Positions 42,689-52,810 are shown, counted from the stretch's first letter. The stretch: DNA of 64,000 nucleotides from Candidatus Zixiibacteriota bacterium (GCA_019038695.1 JAHOYZ010000006.1:17112-81111), one strand, 5' to 3'. Program-made: numbers and translations. Notes: generated from the sequence alone by a model not told the origin.

Positions 42689-44515
42689 TCATTCGCCCGG
42701 TTGAGACTGCATTCGCAGTCGGGCCTGCTCGATATTGCGAAGCGTACTTTCGTTGTTGGGGTAAGCCTCGAGGACTTTCTGCCAGGCTTCGATAGCCAAT
42801 TCGTACTGTTTGTCACGCATATATCGAAGACCGTCAAGATAGAGAGGCCATATCACCCGGTCACGCTGCATCATCTCCAGGGTAGGAGGATGCTCCAGTG
42901 CGGTATCGATACGCTCGATATATGCCTTCGATACCGGCTCATCCGGGTTGGCAGAGAGAATTGAGGAAAATAAACTCCTGGCCTCATCGTAATGGCCAAT
43001 TCTGAACTGCGTTATCCCTTCATTGAGCATCCGGGCCAGGTCCATCTTGCTGGCTGCCTCCTCCTGCGACTGGCGGACGGTAGTGTTTTCCGGGTCCAGA
43101 TATAAAACGCGGGAATACAATTCGATGGTCTTCACTATTTCACCCCGCCGCTCGGCCTGATGTGCCTCCAGCAAACAGGAATCAATCTCTCTGGCTACCG
43201 CCTTCGAAACAGTATCTCTTAGATTAAGAGCCAGAGTGTTCTCGGGCTCGTAATCCAGAATCAATTCAAGCATATCCTCGGCTGCGGGATAATATTTCTT
43301 CTCAAAGAAACTCTGCGCCTGAGCAAAGAAAGCGTCAATAGTCATCGCCTGGTCCCGCTCAGCTTCACGGACTCGTTGCTCCTGCTTAAGCTGGGAGGTT
43401 CGTGCCCGTTCAATCGCTGCTACTGCCCTCAGAATCCGCTGGTTGTCTTCGTCAAAGGCCAAAGCACGCTGATAGTTGACAAGGGCTGAATCGAGAACAT
43501 AACTCTCGTAGAAATCGTCCGCCTTCTGGCGATAGAAATCAAACTGCCGACGACGCTCCACATCCAGCATATCGGTACTCCGGCGCTGATCCTCCTGCTG
43601 CCTGCGCCTAATCTGGTCGGAAACTGTTGTCCCCAACAACAGTGCCACCGAGAAGCGATGGCTATCCTCCACGTAATCGTGAACCTTATAGGCATAATCC
43701 AGTAGAAGACGTTGATATCGCAACCCTATGCCAAAGGACAGATTGTCACGGTCGTATCCGGTTCGAAGTGAGTAGTGGTCATCGAACAACAATTCTCCAC
43801 CGCAATGAACACGGACCGATCTGTCTTCTGTTTTTTCCATCTCCACCGAAAGTGACGACTCAAGCCGCTCCGACCACCTCAAATTGGTTGCTGCCAATCC
43901 AACCGCAAGTGTTACCGGAAGCGTCTCCTTGACAGTCTGCAGTTGCAACGTGACCGGAACAATATCCCGCGCCACAACTCCGGCTTGTACATATTGACTC
44001 AACCTGGCCGTCATTCCAAAATCCAGTCCAATGCCATAGTCGGAATAAGTATCCAGTTCCTGATTCACAATCTTCAGTGACACACCGGCTGCGAGACCAC
44101 CCTGGAGTCGGCGTCCATAGGACAAAAGGAACTGCGAGTAGGAATAGTCGAACATACCTGTCCGGCGATAGTCTTCCCGCCTGATAATGTCGTTGGTGCC
44201 GAGCCGCATGTAGGCCAGACCGAAGCCACCCTGACTCGGAGTGGGGTAAGCCCAGGCAACGAAGTCATAAATCGTGCCCTCAAAAAGAGACATGTGCATG
44301 AAGCTGACTTCATGATAATCAAGTTGTGGAAGTCCGGCTGGATTATAGAAAATGGTGGATGCGTCATCAGCTATAGCTGTGAAAGCACCACCCATCCCAA
44401 GAGCGCGAGCGCCTGCACCGACAGTGAATGGAGACTCACGCCCGGCATCTCCTGCATGCACAGTCGCACAACCCAACGTTAACACCATTAGGAGTATGAT
44501 ACATCGGGTCGTCAT
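42689..44515 (-). CDS. PorV/PorQ-like outer-membrane beta-barrel fused to a ~300-aa coiled-coil/TPR domain
   Basis: Signal peptide. aa ~25-295 start with VGAGARALGMGGAFTAIADDASTIFYNPAGL and end in RFSVALLLG, a barrel-like pattern. aa ~300-608 hold a coiled coil plus TPR units (ALVNYQRALAFDEDN, AIEAWQKVLEAYPNN). Its start overlaps the stop of the 1225-aa gene (ATGA). Confidence 0.6.
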   Translation of the reverse strand: MTTRCIILLMVLTLGCATVHAGDAGRESPFTVGAGARALGMGGAFTAIADDASTIFYNPAGLPQLDYHEVSFMHMSLFEGTIYDFVAWAYPTPSQGGFGLAYMRLGTNDIIRREDYRRTGMFDYSYSQFLLSYGRRLQGGLAAGVSLKIVNQELDTYSDYGIGLDFGMTARLSQYVQAGVVARDIVPVTLQLQTVKETLPVTLAVGLAATNLRWSERLESSLSVEMEKTEDRSVRVHCGGELLFDDHYSLRTGYDRDNLSFGIGLRYQRLLLDYAYKVHDYVEDSHRFSVALLLGTTVSDQIRRRQQEDQRRSTDMLDVERRRQFDFYRQKADDFYESYVLDSALVNYQRALAFDEDNQRILRAVAAIERARTSQLKQEQRVREAERDQAMTIDAFFAQAQSFFEKKYYPAAEDMLELILDYEPENTLALNLRDTVSKAVAREIDSCLLEAHQAERRGEIVKTIELYSRVLYLDPENTTVRQSQEEAASKMDLARMLNEGITQFRIGHYDEARSLFSSILSANPDEPVSKAYIERIDTALEHPPTLEMMQRDRVIWPLYLDGLRYMRDKQYELAIEAWQKVLEAYPNNESTLRNIEQARLRMQSQPGE

Positions 44516-47500
44516 TTCACCACCGCAAGCTTGAGTCGTGCCGTTTCACCCGTGTTCACGACCCGGATGGAGACAATATAAACACCGTTGCAAACTACCT
44601 GACCATCGTTGTTGAGACCATCCCACTCAATCACATGTTCTCCAGCTCCATTGTCCTGGCTGGATATGTCGCGAGCATACACTTCTTCGCCAGTCAACGT
44701 GAAGATACGGAACTCGATATCTGAGGCCGCCGTCAATTCGTACGAAAACTCGACTGGTGCTTTGGTCGGATCGACCGGGTTATTGCGAACCAAAAACGAC
44801 TCGGAAATAGATGATCCCTTGACGACGAACGTCATCGCCAACAGCGTCCCGTCACCACTTTCGGAAACAACATCAACAGTCTCCCCCTCCTGTATTCCAC
44901 GGTCATAAGTAGCCAGAATATGACGGCTCTCGAGAAGCAATTCGAACTGGTCGATATTACTTTCACGGATTGCCGCCACAAACACCAGACTGCATGTCAC
45001 CTGAGCCTCAATAATGAGATCCTCGAAGACTGCCGTCATACGGTCATTGCCGCTTAGGTCAGCCGCTATCGGCAAACCGTTCCGGTAGAAGACAGATGCG
45101 CCCATGTCGATGATTTCGGAAACATCGAGAGACTGGTCGCCCGGACCACGAAGCGTAAAAGACATCTCATCCAACGACACAGCAGTAGCATCAGCTGTCC
45201 CACCGTTAGTCAGAATCAGCAGGAACAATTCCTTGTCTTGCCCCGGAAGAAGCAGATTTGAGCCGGGCAGTTCAGCTCTGCCCAACAACTCAGCATCGAA
45301 ATGCTGTACTGTTATCTCTATGAAGAACGAGCTGTCACCCGCACTGGCCCGTACACCAGTGTTGATGTCAATTGGCATCGATGTTAATGTGAAAGTAAGA
45401 ATAATGTTCGTGTCAAATGATGGCGACTGGAAATCCAATTCCATGTGCTGATCCACGCTAATGATACCGGTCGGGCTGTATCCATCACCAAGGTCGATCC
45501 CTCCGGTCGTCAGGAGGTACTCTCCATCCGTAGTCGCGGCCTGCCCCTCATTGACGAGTTCAATTATCAGGGAGAACGCCTGGTCTTGATCGACCAGACT
45601 GTTTTCAACTCCGACCAGACTGTAGTTCAAAACCAGTTGTGCCGGAGTTTCTATGACAGCCGTCGCCATATCATCAATCGGATCATCCGCTCCCACATGA
45701 GGCGAAGCGACGGCAACTCTGAAGATTTCTGCTACCACCGGTTGATCGGCAGCAATAATATCAAATATAAGTTCCGCAGTATCATCGGGCTGGATGACAT
45801 CCACGGTAAAAAGGGAATCGAAAGCCGAGTTACCGTCACTGCGCAGAACCATATCCAACGGACCCAGGATTGTACCCGATGTATTTGCCACCCGCGCTCG
45901 CACTTGAAAAGCCTGACCCGTATTGACGTAAGGTGTGTTGAAGGTAAGCACTTCAGTACTTATAATCCTGACTATCGGAGCTGCTGTCACCGGAACCGCC
46001 GTCGTACTCAGATCAGCTACAAAACCAAACGAAGCCCACGCGCCAGGAATCAGAAATTCGAAACCGGCCTCAAAACGTAACATCTCTCCCTGCTGAGTTA
46101 TGGGAATGAAAACCGGATCGGTCGTCACCAAATTCAGCCCGGGATACAACGTCATATCAGCAATACGCAACAGAGCAGCAGACAAGAAATCTTTCCCATG
46201 TATTTCTATTATCGCCCCTGAAGGATCGACCGGCACGCTATACTCACCGTCAAGGTTCACAGTGAATCCAAATGAACTCTCGCGACCTGCACTTACCATA
46301 GCTGGGCCGAAACTCCCCTCGACATATGTAACTTCGATCTCGGTAAGGACAAAAACAGAATCGATAATCTTGTGGGTTATCAGATAGGGAACTCCAGCAG
46401 ATACATAAGCATAATCAAGCACGACATCATACCACCCGGAAGGCAACAAATCGACACCCGGCACCAAAACCGATACATGTTCATGGCTAATAACGACGCC
46501 AGTAACATGACTGAAACCCGATGTCTCCGTCAGAAAAACCTCTGTAGCCCCACCGTCGCTTGTTAAGGCAACACGCATGGTGGGACCTATCGTGAAATCC
46601 GGAGGATCAACGGCGTGAATGTCTAATGATATCTCTGACGTGATCCCCGGGTACAAGCTATCGGGCCAGAATAAACCGGGGACGACCTCCAGTTCAACCG
46701 GCTCGATCGGTTCAACCACGACTACTGTCAACTCAACCTGATTTGTTGTAGTAAACATCATCCCATCAACGTTGAAATCGGCCTCAAGTACAACCGTCAG
46801 GTTATCTTCGAACAATTCAGACCTTGGCCCTGCCAGTAGTATCTCTACCGTATCGACCAAACCATTTGCACCAGCTGCGAAACCAACTGAAGCCGTTAAC
46901 CCGCTGGTAAGTGCCAGAGAGACTGTCGAAGTCTGTGGCGTGTTATATCCATTATTCGTGACAACAACTTTAACCAACGTGCCAATCGTAGGAGCGATTG
47001 AGATCAACGGTGCATTGTCGGCATTGAGAACTTCCAGAATGTCATACCCGCTGAATGAGACCACCTGGCCGGAGGATACCAATCCGTCGTCTGTTTCGAC
47101 CGTCACGGTCGTGACAACAGTAGGACCCGTGTAAACTATTCCGATAGCATCAAGATCAACGACACCCTCAAAAAGTAAACCGGCATTATCAATTACGGCC
47201 GGAGCGAGGTTACCAACGTTGGTCGATAGATAGACCGGATTCGTAGTGAGATCATAATCAATTTTGAGATTGTCAAAAGCATCTAATAAAATCAGGCTTG
47301 CTTCAGGCAAAAGAGGATAACCCACAATCTGTTCGGGACTAATGTCCAACTCGAACCGAGCCAGCGCCCCCGGCAAAACAGAGATCATGCCTGACAATCC
47401 AGTCACGTTTCCGACCCTTGCCATAACCCTGCCCTCGCCGACGGTCGTAACGTGAAGCATCGCACCGGAGAAATACCCTATCGGATCGGAACCCTCTTCA

Positions 47501-48189
47501 AGCGTCCAATAGACATCCGGAGAAGGAATCAAACCACCTTGGCTGTCCCGCACAACAGCGTTGAAAACAATACTCTCCCCCGCTCTGAGGACCTGATTGT
47601 CCGATGGTTCCACATCAAGTGACACGGGTGCTCCAGACCGTATTTCCAACGGATCAGAAATAGCCGGTCCCGCTAACACCGAACCGCCATTCCTCATGGC
47701 AAGGCCTCCAAACATGTAGTCACCGACTACCTGTGGATTGCCTACGATCTCAAGATAAACACCTATGGAAACTGTCGGCGGCACTTCATCAGGAGGTTGC
47801 CAACCCGATTTCTTAAGAATCACAACGACCATGTCATCGGTCGTCTCGACTGCCTTTATTCTGTAGTCAGCGGCAATGGAGTTGTGCGTAAGAGTCGCAG
47901 TCACAACTGCCGATAGATCGTATCCTTCCGGAAATGAGAAAGCAAACGCGCCCCCATTCAGCTTCTTAAAGTCAGCCCGATCCATCAAGAAGGAGAAACT
48001 ATAGCCAGCCAAATGCCCGACGATCGAATCGGTGGCCTGAACCCTGAAATTGTCAAACGTACCCACCGGAGGGCACGAGGGTGATCTGAAGATCGCACTT
48101 GCCTCTGTCGTTGGATCGGCAGTAACTACCGAGCCGCAGAACATCAGTAAAAGGATCAGGAAGAAGGAATAACCGAAGTTAATTTTCAT
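44512..48189 (-). CDS. Giant secreted Ig-repeat adhesin-like protein with FlgD-Ig/T9SS-like C-terminal domain
   Basis: Signal peptide MKINFGYSFFLILLLMFCGSVVTA. A Big_2-like segment reads VSLDVEPSDNQVLRAGESIVFNAVVRDSQGG...VTTVGEGRVMARVG. The C-terminal ~95 aa read VEFSYELTAASDIEFRIFTLTGEEVYA......GEHVIEWDGLNNDGQVVCNGVYIVSIRV...ARLKLAVVK. Confidence 0.65.
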   Translation of the reverse strand: MKINFGYSFFLILLLMFCGSVVTADPTTEASAIFRSPSCPPVGTFDNFRVQATDSIVGHLAGYSFSFLMDRADFKKLNGGAFAFSFPEGYDLSAVVTATLTHNSIAADYRIKAVETTDDMVVVILKKSGWQPPDEVPPTVSIGVYLEIVGNPQVVGDYMFGGLAMRNGGSVLAGPAISDPLEIRSGAPVSLDVEPSDNQVLRAGESIVFNAVVRDSQGGLIPSPDVYWTLEEGSDPIGYFSGAMLHVTTVGEGRVMARVGNVTGLSGMISVLPGALARFELDISPEQIVGYPLLPEASLILLDAFDNLKIDYDLTTNPVYLSTNVGNLAPAVIDNAGLLFEGVVDLDAIGIVYTGPTVVTTVTVETDDGLVSSGQVVSFSGYDILEVLNADNAPLISIAPTIGTLVKVVVTNNGYNTPQTSTVSLALTSGLTASVGFAAGANGLVDTVEILLAGPRSELFEDNLTVVLEADFNVDGMMFTTTNQVELTVVVVEPIEPVELEVVPGLFWPDSLYPGITSEISLDIHAVDPPDFTIGPTMRVALTSDGGATEVFLTETSGFSHVTGVVISHEHVSVLVPGVDLLPSGWYDVVLDYAYVSAGVPYLITHKIIDSVFVLTEIEVTYVEGSFGPAMVSAGRESSFGFTVNLDGEYSVPVDPSGAIIEIHGKDFLSAALLRIADMTLYPGLNLVTTDPVFIPITQQGEMLRFEAGFEFLIPGAWASFGFVADLSTTAVPVTAAPIVRIISTEVLTFNTPYVNTGQAFQVRARVANTSGTILGPLDMVLRSDGNSAFDSLFTVDVIQPDDTAELIFDIIAADQPVVAEIFRVAVASPHVGADDPIDDMATAVIETPAQLVLNYSLVGVENSLVDQDQAFSLIIELVNEGQAATTDGEYLLTTGGIDLGDGYSPTGIISVDQHMELDFQSPSFDTNIILTFTLTSMPIDINTGVRASAGDSSFFIEITVQHFDAELLGRAELPGSNLLLPGQDKELFLLILTNGGTADATAVSLDEMSFTLRGPGDQSLDVSEIIDMGASVFYRNGLPIAADLSGNDRMTAVFEDLIIEAQVTCSLVFVAAIRESNIDQFELLLESRHILATYDRGIQEGETVDVVSESGDGTLLAMTFVVKGSSISESFLVRNNPVDPTKAPVEFSYELTAASDIEFRIFTLTGEEVYARDISSQDNGAGEHVIEWDGLNNDGQVVCNGVYIVSIRVVNTGETARLKLAVVK

Positions 48190-48554
48190 ATCGCCGAGTA
48201 AAAATGTTCAAATTCAGTCCGAGACTCCTATAATCAAAGCAACTTGTATGCCCCACATCTTCTTGCAGCGCAGATTATTACAGAATATTTTCTTCTCTCC
48301 CAGACACGATTTTCGGCCTTGTAACAGCCAACACAGAAATGACTTAGTAAAACCCCATTTTGAGAGCTTAGAAATTGGCCGAGATAAGCCTTCAAATCCG
48401 ATAATAAGGTCTGGAATAATCTCTGTAATTGTGTAACACATTGCAATAATTCGTAGTTTTGTTGCATGGTCGTCACAGTTAGCACTATCCCTGGTTTACG
48501 GCCTCGGGTCCTGTTTTGGTCGTCCCAACGGTCTTGGAAATCTGGCCGATGTTC

Positions 48555-49439
48555 CTATTTCTCCGAGAGCAACTCGGCTCCCGTTACCGTATTAGACATG
48601 AGCATGGCTATAGTCATTGGCCCCACTCCACCAGGGACCGGTGTAATAAACGAAGCTTTCTCAAAACAGGGAGCAAAATCCACATCCCCGGTCAGACGGT
48701 ATCCTCTCTTGGCAGAAGCATCCTCTACGCGATTGACCCCCACATCAATCACAACTGCCCCCTCTTTTATCATGTCGGCTGTGATAGTGTCCGGTCGCCC
48801 GATGGCCGCAATGAGAATATCTGCCCGGCGCGTAACTTCGCCCAGGTTTTTCGTCCGTGAGTGTGCAATAGTGACAGTGGCATTGGCCATATCGGCCTTC
48901 TGGACCAGAATTGCCGCTACCGGCTTACCGACGATATTGGATCGACCGACAACCACAACTTCTTTGCCCGAAGGATTGATTTCATAGTGAGCCAGAAGAT
49001 TGATAATCCCGTGCGGTGTACACGGAAGCAGTCCGGGACGACCCAAGAGCATCATTCCAACATTGTGCGGATGAAAACCATCCACATCTTTCTCAGGTCT
49101 GATAGTAAGCGTGACACTCAGTTCGTCCATATGACTCGGAAGCGGAGACTGCACCAGGATTCCGTGTATCTTCTCGTTGTCATTAAGTCCCCTGACAATC
49201 GCCACCAACTCATCCTGCTGCAAATTGGCTGGCTTCCGAATGACTTCCGAATACATACCCAGCTTCTCGCATGCTCTTTCTTTGGACCTGACATAAGTAG
49301 CTGACGCGGGGTCGTCTCCCACCAACACGGCAGCTAGTCCAGGGGTGATCCCGACCTCCTTGAGAGCCGCAATGCGGGCCTTTAGGGTTTTGCGAGTTAG
49401 TCTTGCAACCTCTTTACCGTCAATCAGTTGTGCGGACAT
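48555..49439 (-). CDS. folD: Bifunctional methylenetetrahydrofolate dehydrogenase/methenyltetrahydrofolate cyclohydrolase
   Basis: [46 protein letters not shown] and [15 protein letters not shown]. Confidence 0.95.
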   Translation of the reverse strand: MSAQLIDGKEVARLTRKTLKARIAALKEVGITPGLAAVLVGDDPASATYVRSKERACEKLGMYSEVIRKPANLQQDELVAIVRGLNDNEKIHGILVQSPLPSHMDELSVTLTIRPEKDVDGFHPHNVGMMLLGRPGLLPCTPHGIINLLAHYEINPSGKEVVVVGRSNIVGKPVAAILVQKADMANATVTIAHSRTKNLGEVTRRADILIAAIGRPDTITADMIKEGAVVIDVGVNRVEDASAKRGYRLTGDVDFAPCFEKASFITPVPGGVGPMTIAMLMSNTVTGAELLSEK

Positions 49440-49533
49440 AATAAACTATCCCTTTAGGACGTACTGTTAAAATAACTCTACAACTGTCATCGCTATACCG
49501 GTCTGCCACAGCGGACTCGTATTGACTGCAATC

Positions 49534-50445
49534 TCACTCTTCCGTTGATTCATCAGCGGAGGTTTCATCTGCGTCGGACTCATCAGCAACAGGCTGCTCT
49601 TCGGAAGGCTGCTCTTTTGGCTTGCCGGTGATGTCTTCGGGCTTAAAAGTATCCAGATCGAATTTCTCACAGAAGCGTTCGATGCTAATCGCCTTACCGG
49701 TGACAGGGTTTGCCCGGATGATAACACCCGCCATACGGATGTCGTCGGAAGCCGTCGTGAATCTGTACGGCATTCCAGTCAGGAAACGCTGCAACGATGG
49801 TTCTTTTTCCATACCTATCACAGAATCGTAGGGGCCGGTCATGCCTGTATCGGTGATGTAGGCTGTCCCCTTTTTGGATATCTGTTCATCGGCAGTCTGT
49901 ACATGAGTATGGGTACCTATTATGGCTGTCACCTCACCATCCAGCCAGTAGAGCATAGCCTGCTTTTCGGACGTTGCTTCGGCGTGCATGTCTATCAAGA
50001 TAATATCCGCTTCGCGTCGCATCTCGGAAACGATTCTACCTCCTTCGACAAACGGACAATCGATATCCTTCATGTAGGTACGGCCCTGAAGGTTGATGAC
50101 ACCGACCTTGACATCACCTATTTTCTCAATACAACCACCACGTCCTGGGACCCCACGAGGAAAATTGGCTGGTCTGAGAAGCTGTCCGTCAGTTTTGATA
50201 TAGGAACGTATCTCATGCCGATCCCAAATATGATTACCGGATGTCTGAATATCTATACCGTAGGAAATCGCCTTCCGAGCCATCTCGGGTGTGATACCGA
50301 ATCCCCCGGCAGCGTTTTCAACATTAGCAATGACATAGTCGATAGAGTGCTTTTCACGCATCGGTTTTATCATGTGAGCCGCCGCCTGACGTCCAGCCTT
50401 GCCACAAATATCCGACACAAACATTATTGAAAACTCTGACATCAA
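49534..50445 (-). CDS. ymdB: YmdB-family metallophosphoesterase (TIGR00282) with acidic C-terminal tail
   Basis: FVSDICGKAGR, VIANVENAAGGFGIT, SGNHIWD and GTHTHVQTADE. The tail reads EQPVADESDADETSADESTEE. It sits next to rny, as in many bacteria. Confidence 0.85.
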   Translation of the reverse strand: MMSEFSIMFVSDICGKAGRQAAAHMIKPMREKHSIDYVIANVENAAGGFGITPEMARKAISYGIDIQTSGNHIWDRHEIRSYIKTDGQLLRPANFPRGVPGRGGCIEKIGDVKVGVINLQGRTYMKDIDCPFVEGGRIVSEMRREADIILIDMHAEATSEKQAMLYWLDGEVTAIIGTHTHVQTADEQISKKGTAYITDTGMTGPYDSVIGMEKEPSLQRFLTGMPYRFTTASDDIRMAGVIIRANPVTGKAISIERFCEKFDLDTFKPEDITGKPKEQPSEEQPVADESDADETSADESTEE

Positions 50446-50496
50446 TATCCTCTTTCAATTGAACCTGGCATTCGTGGTCAGGTTCGCGCCAGTGCT

Positions 50497-52062
50497 CTAC
50501 TTAGCGAACTCAGTAGTTCTTGTTTCCCTAACTACCGTAACCTTTACCTGTCCCGGATACTGCATCTCAGTCTCGATCTTGGCAGCAAGATCGCTGGCCA
50601 AAATAGCGCTGGCGAGATCATCCAGCTTTTCGTTCTCAACAATCACGCGTACTTCCCGTCCGGCTTGAATGGCATACGCCTTGGAAACACCCTTGAACGA
50701 ATCAGCCAGTTCTTCCAGTTTCTGTAAGCGCTTAATATAGGCTTCGAGCGGCTCTCTCCTGGCACCAGGTCGAGCACCCGAAATGGCGTCAGCCGCCTGT
50801 ACGAGCACCGGATATGGTCCCAGCATAGGGACGTCACCGTGATGAGCTTCGACAGCGTTGACAACCGCTTCGGAGGTTTTATAGCGACGGACAAAATCGG
50901 CCCCAATTTGCGTATGGGTTCCTTCCGTCTCACGGTCAATAGCCTTGCCGATATCATGCAGAAGACCACAAACCATGGCCAGTGACGCATCCAACTCCAG
51001 TTCGGCCGCCATCAGGCCGCACAGCATTGCAACTTCCTTGGAATGGGCCAGGACGTTCTGGCCGTAGGAAGTTCTGAAATTCAGCTTCCCTAATGTACTG
51101 ACCAGATCCGGGTGCAAACCATGAACGCCGAGTTCGAAGCAAGTCTGCTCGCCGGCTTCGCGAACGATAACATCCATTTCCCGCTGGGATTTCTCTACGA
51201 CTTCTTCGATGCGGGTGGGATGAATGCGACCATCGGTAATAAGTTTCTCAAGCGCCATGCGAGCGATCTCACGACGCACCGGATCATAGCCGGACAGAAT
51301 AACCGCTTCGGGAGTGTCATCGACAATCACATCGATCCCGGTAGCGGTCTCAAACGAACGAATGTTGCGTCCTTCACGGCCAATGATGCGGCCCTTCATC
51401 TCGTCAGTTGGCAGATTCACGACGGAAACTGTTGTCTCCACCGTATGTTCGGCGGCACACCGATAGATGGCCGACAAAATTATTTCTTTGGCCTCGCGAT
51501 TGGCATCGATTTCGGCCTGGTCCTTGATTTCCTTGATATGCAGCGCGGCCTCGATCTTGGCGGCACTCATCATATTATCCATCAACTGCTGCTTGGCCTC
51601 GTCCGGGGTCATCTGAGCAATCTTCTGGAGTTGGTCGTTCTGTCTGTTTATAATCTCATCCAGTTCCGTCTCCCTGATCCCAATGCCTTTCTCTCGGGTT
51701 TGGATGGATTTTTCGCGACGACCGAATTCCTGTTCGCGTGTTTCGAGAAGATCGAGTTTCTTCTGGAGCGAGCTAGTCTCGTCCTCCATTCGCTTTTCTT
51801 GACTCTCAAGTTCTCGCCGTCTGGTTTCGGATTCCCTCTCAAACTCGCTCTTAAGCTTCATCAGCTCTTCACGAGCCTCAAGTCGGGACTCCTTCTTCCT
51901 AATCGCGGATTCTTTGGTCGCTTCGGCGACTAAGCGCTTGGCTTCTTTGGTGGCGTTGATAACGCTATCGCTGGAAGCGCGTCGCGCCAGGAACCAGCCG
52001 ATAAGGTAAGCCACCACACCTACTACGATCGCTTCCGCAATCAGCAGCACTGTGTCGTTCAT
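50497..52062 (-). CDS. rny: Ribonuclease Y
   Basis: N-terminal TM, a long coiled coil, KH region GRIIGREGRNIRSFE, and HD domain HSKEVAMLCGLMA...GLLHDIGKA. Confidence 0.95.
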   Translation of the reverse strand: MNDTVLLIAEAIVVGVVAYLIGWFLARRASSDSVINATKEAKRLVAEATKESAIRKKESRLEAREELMKLKSEFERESETRRRELESQEKRMEDETSSLQKKLDLLETREQEFGRREKSIQTREKGIGIRETELDEIINRQNDQLQKIAQMTPDEAKQQLMDNMMSAAKIEAALHIKEIKDQAEIDANREAKEIILSAIYRCAAEHTVETTVSVVNLPTDEMKGRIIGREGRNIRSFETATGIDVIVDDTPEAVILSGYDPVRREIARMALEKLITDGRIHPTRIEEVVEKSQREMDVIVREAGEQTCFELGVHGLHPDLVSTLGKLNFRTSYGQNVLAHSKEVAMLCGLMAAELELDASLAMVCGLLHDIGKAIDRETEGTHTQIGADFVRRYKTSEAVVNAVEAHHGDVPMLGPYPVLVQAADAISGARPGARREPLEAYIKRLQKLEELADSFKGVSKAYAIQAGREVRVIVENEKLDDLASAILASDLAAKIETEMQYPGQVKVTVVRETRTTEFAK

Positions 52063-52166
52063 TGCAGCCTCCCACCCAACATCAGAATGCGGGTGATCTA
52101 TCTAATTTATACTTTAACGGATAGGAGATTTCACGGCTTGACCCGGCCAACCGGGCGATCGCCGAA

Positions 52167-52466
52167 TCAGGTGAGCAGGGCTTGATCAAGACGAGCTAGA
52201 ATTGCATCCAGCTCAGTGTCATATCGGTTGCCATCCTTATTCAGTTGCTCAGACTGAGCCATCACTTCCGAAGCCAACGACATGGCTGTCAAAATAGCCA
52301 CTTTGTCACGAGCTTTCACACGACTTCCTTCGGCAGTAGCTCTCATCCGAGTATCAACCAGGTCCGCGACCTTGGATATATGCGACGAATCCTCAACCCC
52401 AGCAATGGGATACTCCTCGCCATATATGCTTATCACAACTTTGTTATCAGGCATATCGTCAATCAC
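52167..52466 (-). CDS. zapA: Cell division protein ZapA
   Basis: VVISIYGEEYPIAG......HISKVADLVDTRMR........DKVAILTAMSLASEV. GTG at 52466 or ATG at 52454. Confidence 0.8.
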   Translation of the reverse strand: MIDDMPDNKVVISIYGEEYPIAGVEDSSHISKVADLVDTRMRATAEGSRVKARDKVAILTAMSLASEVMAQSEQLNKDGNRYDTELDAILARLDQALLT

Positions 52467-52527
52467 CGATGTTCAATCCAGCACTCACACGACAATAAAT
52501 CTTCTTATCCTACTATCTCACAATAAC

Positions 52528-52556
52528 TTATTACTATATCACGCCAAGTAAGTCAA
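52528..52556 (-). promoter_or_regulatory. Possible promoter upstream of zapA
   Basis: The minus strand shows TTGACT (52556-52551), 17 nt, then TAATAA (52533-52528). Overlapping it is an extended -10-like TGaTATAGT. Pattern match only. Confidence 0.3.
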
Positions 52557-52564
52557 GTAAAAAC

Positions 52565-52810
52565 TTACTGACCGATCTGTTCGAGTTCAGTTAACCGACC
52601 CAGAACACCGGTCAATCGCGACTTAACAGCCTGGGACTGGTCTGCACTCTTGAGCTTCAGACTCTGAAGTTGATTCTTGAGCTCATTCAATGACAACCGC
52701 AACTCCTCGTTGTCGGATGTCAGAGTCTGGTTCTCACGCTGGAGAGTTTGCAATCGCTCAATCAACTGCTCAACTTTGTTGGCCAATTGGGTAAGTTTAT
52801 CCTCAATCAT
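52565..52810 (-). CDS. Small coiled-coil protein, ZapB-like
   Basis: 81 aa, entirely heptad-like (LANKVEQLIERLQTLQRENQTLTSDNEELRLSLNELKNQLQSLK). It lies directly upstream of zapA. Confidence 0.45.
   Translation of the reverse strand: MIEDKLTQLANKVEQLIERLQTLQRENQTLTSDNEELRLSLNELKNQLQSLKLKSADQSQAVKSRLTGVLGRLTELEQIGQ

Noticed and set aside
48214-48485. Three small ORFs (62-83 aa, both strands) in the 365-bp spacer upstream of the 1225-aa adhesin gene
   Set aside because: They overlap one another in different frames and have no SD and no motifs. The region is more likely the promoter and leader of the adhesin operon.
52063-52564. Possible 6S RNA (ssrS) next to zapA, as in enterobacteria
   Set aside because: The two non-coding gaps flanking zapA are only about 100 nt each, too short for a ~180-nt 6S RNA. 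I could not trace the characteristic long interrupted hairpin.
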